NCBI RefSeq assembly: GCF_000354175.2 | Contig: NC_022349.1 | Span: 2,670,001-2,702,000, forward strand | Direction of reading: 5' to 3' | DNA: 32,000 nt | From: Vibrio alginolyticus NBRC 15630 = ATCC 17749 | GTDB taxonomy: Bacteria; Pseudomonadota; Gammaproteobacteria; Enterobacterales; Vibrionaceae | Shown here: in pieces, positions 27,252 to 32,000 of the stretch | How positions within the stretch are numbered: the stretch's first letter is position 1 | Layout of the letters: each line of letters begins with the position of its first letter | Notes under the pieces: generated by a model | What the model saw: only the letters and a program-made list of their open reading frames with translations | What the model was told of the DNA's origin: nothing | Databases searched by the model: none | Made by a program: the position numbers and the translations under genes

Positions 27252-28220
27252 TTACTTAATTAGACCCATTTCTTTGTAGTATTTTTCTGCACCTGGGTGA
27301 AGAGGAATAGAAAGACCAGCTTTCACCATGTCTTCTTTCTTCAAGTTTGCGAATGCAGGGTGTAGACGTTTGAAGGTATCAAAGTTTTCAAACACAGCTT
27401 TTGCCACGTTGTAAGCGACATCGTCTGAAACATCAGAGGTCGTTACCATTGTTGCTGCAACACCAAAGCTGTTTACGTCTTTGTCTGTACCGCGGTACAT
27501 ACCAGCCGGTACTGAGCTAAAGGCGTAGTATGGGTTGTCGGCAACAATTTTATCGATTTTAGGGCCTGTTGCTGAAACTAGCTTCGCATCACATGATGTG
27601 GTTGCTTCTTTGATTGAACCGTTCGGGTGGCCGACCATGTAAATGAAGGCGTCAATTTTGTTATCACAAAGCGCCTGAGAGCGTTCAGAGCCTTTTAGCT
27701 CAGACGCCAATTTGAAGCTGTCGTTTGTCCAACCCATCGCTTCCATGACAACGCCCATCGTTGCACGGTCACCAGAGCCTGGGTTACCGATGTTTACGCG
27801 CTTACCTTTCAGGTCTTCAACGTTTTCAATACCTGAATCTGCACGCGCAATGATGTTGAAAGGTTCTGTATGAAGAGAGAACATTGCGCGTAGCTTCTTG
27901 TACGGGCCTTGTTCTTCAAACTTGCTCGTACCGTTGTAGCCGTGGTACTGCCAATCCGATTGCACGATACCAAAATCTAATTCGCCTGCACGGATAGTGT
28001 TAACGTTGTAAATTGAGCCACCAGTCGATTCTACTGAACAACGGATGTTGTGGTCTTTACGACCTTTATTTACCAACTTACAGATAGCACCACCAGTTGG
28101 GTAGTAAACACCTGTCACAGAGCCAGTACCGATGGTAATAAACTCTTGAGCGTTAACTGCGCCTGCGCCCATTACGGCTGCAGCGATAGCGCCTACTTTG
28201 AGAAGTTTGTTAAATGCCAT
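27252..28220 (-). CDS. TAXI-family TRAP transporter solute receptor
   Basis: Starting at ATG28220 gives 322 aa with signal peptide MAFNKLLKVGAIAAAVMGAGAVNAQE. The motif TIGTGSVTGVYYPTGGAICK is characteristic of TAXI (TIGR02122-type) receptors. It lies upstream of the fused permease. Confidence 0.9.
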   Translation of the reverse strand: MAFNKLLKVGAIAAAVMGAGAVNAQEFITIGTGSVTGVYYPTGGAICKLVNKGRKDHNIRCSVESTGGSIYNVNTIRAGELDFGIVQSDWQYHGYNGTSKFEEQGPYKKLRAMFSLHTEPFNIIARADSGIENVEDLKGKRVNIGNPGSGDRATMGVVMEAMGWTNDSFKLASELKGSERSQALCDNKIDAFIYMVGHPNGSIKEATTSCDAKLVSATGPKIDKIVADNPYYAFSSVPAGMYRGTDKDVNSFGVAATMVTTSDVSDDVAYNVAKAVFENFDTFKRLHPAFANLKKEDMVKAGLSIPLHPGAEKYYKEMGLIK

Positions 28221-28493
28221 GAATTTCCCTTCCTTATATTCATTATTTACCCGGAAATAACCATAAATCACTTCTGGAGTTTCCTATTTGGAAACGGCAC
28301 CTTTTTCAATCCAATCGTTTGAAAAAGCGAGCGAATCATAACAAAAAATTGGCAGAAAATTATCCAATTGTTAAATGTTATAGTTGATAAGTCTGAATTT
28401 TGTATCAGGGGATAGGATTCAATTTGTGATTTAATTCTTTTTATAACAATTACTTAATTAACATTTAGTGACTGAAATGAAAAAGATCAATTG

Positions 28494-28509
28494 CGTGATG
28501 TTAATCACA
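28494..28509. promoter_or_regulatory. candidate CRP-binding site in the TRAP operon upstream region
   Basis: cGTGA-tgttaa-TCACA at 28494-28509, compared with consensus TGTGA-N6-TCACA (9 of 10 core positions). It lies about 280 nt upstream of the receptor start codon. Confidence 0.35.
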
Positions 28510-28625
28510 AAATGGATGGTTAAAGAATGAGCGGAGTAAGCAAAAAATTTACATAAATTATGGGCTACAAAATGAGACTTCTTTTATAACCCACAATGAG
28601 TTAGCTGATTGAAGCTTTATAGAAC

Positions 28626-29096
28626 TTAACCAGTATATTCGAACAGCTCGCACACTGATTTGAAGAGTTGCTCAGTCGTAATTGCCATGGTTGGCGTAAT
28701 GAAAATGGTATCGTCACCTGCGACAACACCAAGAATACCTTCGGATTTACCGAGTGAATCAAGCAAGCGAGCAATCAACTGTGCTGCACCTGGGCCGGTG
28801 TGAATTACTACTAACGCTGCGTTACGATCGATGTCTAGTACCAGTTCACGCAGAGAGCTGCTGACTGTTGGGACACCTAGCTCAGCAGGAAGACAGTAAA
28901 CCATTTCCATTTTTGCATTGCGCGTACGGACGGCGCCAAATTTAGTCAGCATACGTGAGACTTTAGATTGGTTGATACTCTCAAACCCTTGCTGTTTGAG
29001 TGCGTCAACAATCTCGCCCTGTGAGCCAAAGCTTTCTTCTTTTAACAGGGCTTTAAAGGCGCGAACTAAGTTGTCTTGTTTTTCTGAATTGCGCAT
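28626..29096 (-). CDS. argR: arginine repressor
   Basis: Starting at ATG29096 gives 156 aa, [33 protein letters not shown]..., collinear with E. coli ArgR (156 aa). ATG29102 (MTMRNS...) is an alternative start. It is divergent from mdh, as in E. coli. Confidence 0.95.
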   Translation of the reverse strand: MRNSEKQDNLVRAFKALLKEESFGSQGEIVDALKQQGFESINQSKVSRMLTKFGAVRTRNAKMEMVYCLPAELGVPTVSSSLRELVLDIDRNAALVVIHTGPGAAQLIARLLDSLGKSEGILGVVAGDDTIFITPTMAITTEQLFKSVCELFEYTG

Positions 29097-29140
29097 AGTC
29101 ATTACAAATCTCTTATTACGGGTCAGCAATTTTGCATATT

Positions 29141-29158
29141 CTCGCATATATATTCAGG
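29141..29158. promoter_or_regulatory. possible ARG box (ArgR autoregulation)
   Basis: ctCGCATatatATTCAgg compared with consensus wnTGAATwwwwATTCAnw. The right half is perfect and the left half matches 3 of 5. It lies 45-62 nt upstream of the argR ATG. Only one convincing box was found. Confidence 0.3.
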
Positions 29159-29350
29159 CGGTGCCAAAGAGTCCCAGGATTATGTTAGATGCGTCACTGT
29201 AAACTATATACCACATAGAATTCTTTAGCGCGCTGAAGTAGGGCTGTATCTGTTTTCTTGAATTCCTTGTCATTTCAACAGAATAAAAGAATAATCCAAG
29301 CCCCATTTGTAGCACGGTAACAGCGAGTTGCGCGAGGTCGCAAAGCTAGC

Positions 29351-29369
29351 GTTAATTGATTGTAATCAA
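29351..29369. promoter_or_regulatory. possible ArcA-type site overlapping a 6-2-6 palindrome upstream of mdh
   Basis: GTTAATTGATTGTAA (29351-29365) matches GTTAATTAAATGTTA at 11 of 15 positions by my count. TTGATT-gt-AATCAA (29356-29369) is a perfect inverted repeat. It lies about 90-100 nt upstream of the mdh ATG. Confidence 0.3.
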
Positions 29370-29455
29370 GTTGTGATTCCGATAGCTTTATTTAAGTTGG
29401 TTACAAACTACCCTACGAATACGTTTATAAGAGAAATACTCTCAAGGAGAACTAC

Positions 29456-30391
29456 ATGAAAGTAGCCGTTATTGGTGCCGCTGGTGGCATCGGTCAAGCC
29501 CTGGCCCTTCTACTTAAGAACCGTCTTCCTGCTGGTTCTGATCTAGCCCTATATGATATTGCTCCAGTAACTCCTGGTGTGGCCGCTGATCTTAGCCACA
29601 TCCCTACGCCAGTTTCTATCAAAGGTTACGCTGGTGAAGATCCTACTCCAGCACTAGAAGGCGCGGATGTTGTGCTAATTTCTGCTGGTGTTGCGCGTAA
29701 GCCAGGTATGGATCGTGCGGATCTATTTAATGTAAACGCTGGTATCGTTAAATCGCTAGCGGAGAAGATTGCGGTTGTTTGTCCGAAAGCTTGTGTTGGT
29801 ATCATCACAAACCCTGTAAATACAACAGTGCCAATTGCTGCTGAAGTTCTTAAAAAAGCGGGTGTTTATGATAAGCGTCGTCTATTTGGTGTAACAACGT
29901 TGGATGTTATCCGTTCAGAAACGTTTGTTGCTGAGCTTAAAGACAAAGATCCAGGTGACGTTCGCGTGCCAGTTATTGGTGGTCACTCTGGCGTAACGAT
30001 CTTACCTCTACTGTCTCAAGTAGAAGGTGTTGAGTTTACAGCTGAAGAAGTAGAAGCATTAACGAAACGTATTCAAAATGCAGGTACTGAAGTTGTAGAA
30101 GCTAAAGCGGGTGGTGGTAGTGCAACACTATCAATGGGCCAAGCTGCATGTCGCTTTGGTCTGTCTCTGGTTCGTGCTCTTCAAGGTGAAGAAGGCGTAG
30201 TTGAGTGCGCTTACGTTGAAGGCGACGGCGAACACGCGACTTACTTCGCGCAACCTGTGAAACTGGGTAAAGAAGGCGTTGAAGAAGTACTAAGCTACGG
30301 CAAACTCAGCGATTACGAAAAGTCTGCATTAGACGGTATGCTAGAAACACTAAATGGCGACATCAACATTGGTGTTGAATTCGCAAAGTAA
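29456..30391 (+). CDS. mdh: malate dehydrogenase
   Basis: 311 aa with an AAGGAGA SD, the NAD-binding [20 protein letters not shown], and full-length similarity to enterobacterial/Vibrio Mdh. Confidence 0.97.
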   Translation: MKVAVIGAAGGIGQALALLLKNRLPAGSDLALYDIAPVTPGVAADLSHIPTPVSIKGYAGEDPTPALEGADVVLISAGVARKPGMDRADLFNVNAGIVKSLAEKIAVVCPKACVGIITNPVNTTVPIAAEVLKKAGVYDKRRLFGVTTLDVIRSETFVAELKDKDPGDVRVPVIGGHSGVTILPLLSQVEGVEFTAEEVEALTKRIQNAGTEVVEAKAGGGSATLSMGQAACRFGLSLVRALQGEEGVVECAYVEGDGEHATYFAQPVKLGKEGVEEVLSYGKLSDYEKSALDGMLETLNGDINIGVEFAK

Positions 30392-30413
30392 TCTAGAAAG
30401 CCTATATAAGAAG

Positions 30414-30438
30414 AAAGCCGATCATTTTGATCGGCTTT
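30414..30438 (+). terminator. mdh Rho-independent terminator
   Basis: aaagccgatc (30414-30423) pairs with gatcggcttt (30429-30438), followed by ttt. Confidence 0.8.
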
Positions 30439-30501
30439 TTTGATCCTTGATTTCTCAACTTCGTAAAAATGGTCGAATAAAACCACGTAGTGAAGGAGAA
30501 G

Positions 30502-30696
30502 ATGATGGAAGCGAGTCGAATCCGTAAAGGCATGGTTGTTGAGTGCCAACAAGGCGTCGGTACGATATTAGTGGTCGATCATGAAGCAGAGACAGTATTA
30601 TTGTCCAAACAAGGGACTGAACAGCAGCTCGCCGTTAGCTTTGATGAAATAGAAGATGATCCACAACTGCATGGCGGTAGTGACAGATATTACTAG
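30502..30696 (+). CDS. small acidic hypothetical protein (63-64 aa)
   Basis: An AAGGAG SD (30493-30498) precedes tandem ATGs at 30502 and 30505. The ORF MMEASRIRKGMVVECQQGVGTILVVDHEAETVLLSKQGTEQQLAVSFDEIEDDPQLHGGSDRYY is bracketed by two strong terminators. I recognise no family. Confidence 0.55.
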   Translation: MMEASRIRKGMVVECQQGVGTILVVDHEAETVLLSKQGTEQQLAVSFDEIEDDPQLHGGSDRYY

Positions 30697-30732
30697 CGCC
30701 TCGGGGCGTCGTCATTAGGTATCAAACGTAAA

Positions 30733-30756
30733 AAAGGAAGAGCATGCTCTTCCTTT
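30733..30756. terminator. bidirectional terminator (small ORF / ispB)
   Basis: Perfect 24-nt palindrome aaaggaagagca/tgctcttccttt, flanked by A-run and T-run sequence. Confidence 0.8.
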
Positions 30757-30790
30757 TAGCTATAAGCCTTGCGTTATGGGTAGCTATTGA

Positions 30791-31762
30791 TTACTTCGTG
30801 CGTTGTACAGCGACATGAGCCAGAGTAACAAGCGCTTGTTTGTATTCAGACTCTGGCAACACTGATAGTTCTGCGATTGCTTTGTCTGCTTCTTCTAGAG
30901 CTTTTTGCGTTGTGTATTCCAGAGAGCCTGCTTCTTTCATGACCGCAAGAATTTCTTCTAAGCGATCCATGCCATTCGCTTTCTCAATCGCTTCACGAAT
31001 CATGATGGCGTTTTCTGGTGTGGTATTACGCATAGCATGGAGTAGAGGTAAAGTTGGCTTGCCTTCGGCCAAGTCATCACCCACATTTTTACCCATGTCT
31101 TCGCCATCAGAAGTGTAATCCATGACGTCATCAATGAGCTGAAACGCAGTGCCTAGATACTTACCGTAATTTTGCATTGCGATTTCCACATGCTCAGGAG
31201 CATCATTTAAGATTGCACCGATTTGAGTTGCGGATTCAAATAAGCGCGCAGTCTTAGAGTAGATGACTTGCATGTAGCTTTCTTCTGTCGTGTCAGGGTC
31301 GTTACAGTTCATCAACTGCTGTACTTCACCTTCGGCGATCACGTTTACGGCATTGCTCATTAGTTTAAGGATCTTCATGGATCCTAGTTCCGTCATCATC
31401 TGAAATGAGCGTGTATAGATAAAGTCCCCAACTAATACGCTAGCCGCATTGCCAAATGCTGCATTCGCAGTGGCTTTACCACGGCGCATGTCTGATTCAT
31501 CTACCACGTCATCATGCAGCAAAGTCGCTGTATGGATGAACTCAATAAACGCAGCTGCCATTGTATGACCATTGCCTTGGTAACCAAGTGCACGGGCTGA
31601 CAGTATCGCTAAAAGCGGTCTTAGACGTTTGCCTCCACCACTCACGATATAAAAACCGAGCTGGTTGATTAAAGAGACATCAGAATTAAGTTGGGCTTGA
31701 ATTGTTTCATTCACTTTTGCCATGTCATCGGCAGTAAGCGCTTGGATAGTTTTAAAATCCAT
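30791..31762 (-). CDS. ispB: octaprenyl-diphosphate synthase
   Basis: Starting at ATG31762 gives 323 aa, MDFKTIQALTADDMAKVNETI..., the same length as E. coli IspB. It has polyprenyl synthase DDxxD motifs (LLHDDVVDESD, LIDDVMDY). Confidence 0.95.
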   Translation of the reverse strand: MDFKTIQALTADDMAKVNETIQAQLNSDVSLINQLGFYIVSGGGKRLRPLLAILSARALGYQGNGHTMAAAFIEFIHTATLLHDDVVDESDMRRGKATANAAFGNAASVLVGDFIYTRSFQMMTELGSMKILKLMSNAVNVIAEGEVQQLMNCNDPDTTEESYMQVIYSKTARLFESATQIGAILNDAPEHVEIAMQNYGKYLGTAFQLIDDVMDYTSDGEDMGKNVGDDLAEGKPTLPLLHAMRNTTPENAIMIREAIEKANGMDRLEEILAVMKEAGSLEYTTQKALEEADKAIAELSVLPESEYKQALVTLAHVAVQRTK

Positions 31763-31919
31763 CGTATATCCGGCTGAAGTTAGACCCTGCAAGGCTTATT
31801 CGATTTATATAATTGTCGAATAATACACTAAAAAACGTTGATTAATACATTACTAAAGGGCATGATTGCCGCACTTTTCTTTGGCGATTAGCTTTTCGCC
31901 AATTTTTTCAAAATATGGC

Positions 31920-31948
31920 TTGTCATAGGAGCATCTATTCTGTAGAAT
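31920..31948 (+). promoter_or_regulatory. strong sigma70-type promoter firing rightward out of the window (expected rplU-rpmA promoter)
   Basis: TTGTCA (31920-31925), a 17-nt spacer, then TAGAAT (31943-31948), followed by the GC-rich discriminator ctgcgccc. An A/T-rich UP-like tract (aattttttcaaaatat) precedes it. ispB is divergent from rplU in E. coli. Confidence 0.5.
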
Positions 31949-32000
31949 CTGCGCCCTATTGATGATTAGTTTAGCGCACACCCTCAAGAAAGGCTGTGCG

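Noticed and set aside
28272-28625. Possible sRNA (e.g. CsrB-like GGA-rich RNA) or micro-ORF (MKKINCVMLITKWMVKE at ~28477) in the AT-rich argR-TRAP gap
   Set aside because: GGA motifs are sparse, no terminator-like hairpin defines a 3' end, and the micro-ORF has no SD. The region is better explained as promoter or leader DNA.

Overview
This looks like a conserved chromosomal core segment of a Vibrio-like gammaproteobacterium. The Mdh, ArgR, Fbp and Ppa sequences and the gene order are typical of Vibrionaceae. This assignment rests on my recognition only; no search was run. I can support about 31 protein-coding genes, one TPP riboswitch, one Zur operator and several stem-loop terminators. I found no rRNA or tRNA genes, no CRISPR array, and no transposase, integrase, phage or recognisable defence genes.

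Gene order, left to right:
- 3' end of an anion permease, then cysC (+).
- A DUF2806/TIGR03899-like hypothetical (-) and a candidate 34-aa membrane peptide (+).
- A Zur-box-controlled minus-strand operon: His-rich 99-aa membrane protein, zrgA (DUF2796, His-rich), zrgB (ATPase), zrgC (FtsX/MacB-type permease), zrgD (DUF3299).
- ytfJ (-), ytfK (+), msrA (-), tamA-tamB-ytfP (+), a DUF2799 lipoprotein (+), ppa (-), fbp (-), mpl-ubiX (+).
- TPP riboswitch followed by thiBPQ (+).
- A LysR regulator (-) divergent from an OYE/NemA-like reductase (+).
- A minus-strand TAXI-TRAP unit: solute receptor, long structured spacer, fused permease with a C-terminal extra domain, and a Usp protein.
- argR (-) divergent from mdh (+), a small acidic orphan ORF (+), ispB (-), and a strong outward promoter at the right edge, presumably for rplU.

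I do not see a clearly new multi-gene system. The least-understood content is:
- The Zur-regulated cluster, which pairs a MacB-type ABC module with three DUF-type proteins.
- The DUF2806-like gene and its neighbouring mini-ORF.
- The unusual features of the TAXI-TRAP locus: a PDZ-like C-terminal domain, a 291-nt structured intercistronic spacer, and the linked Usp gene.

All functional calls are from reading the sequence and the translations. No database was queried.
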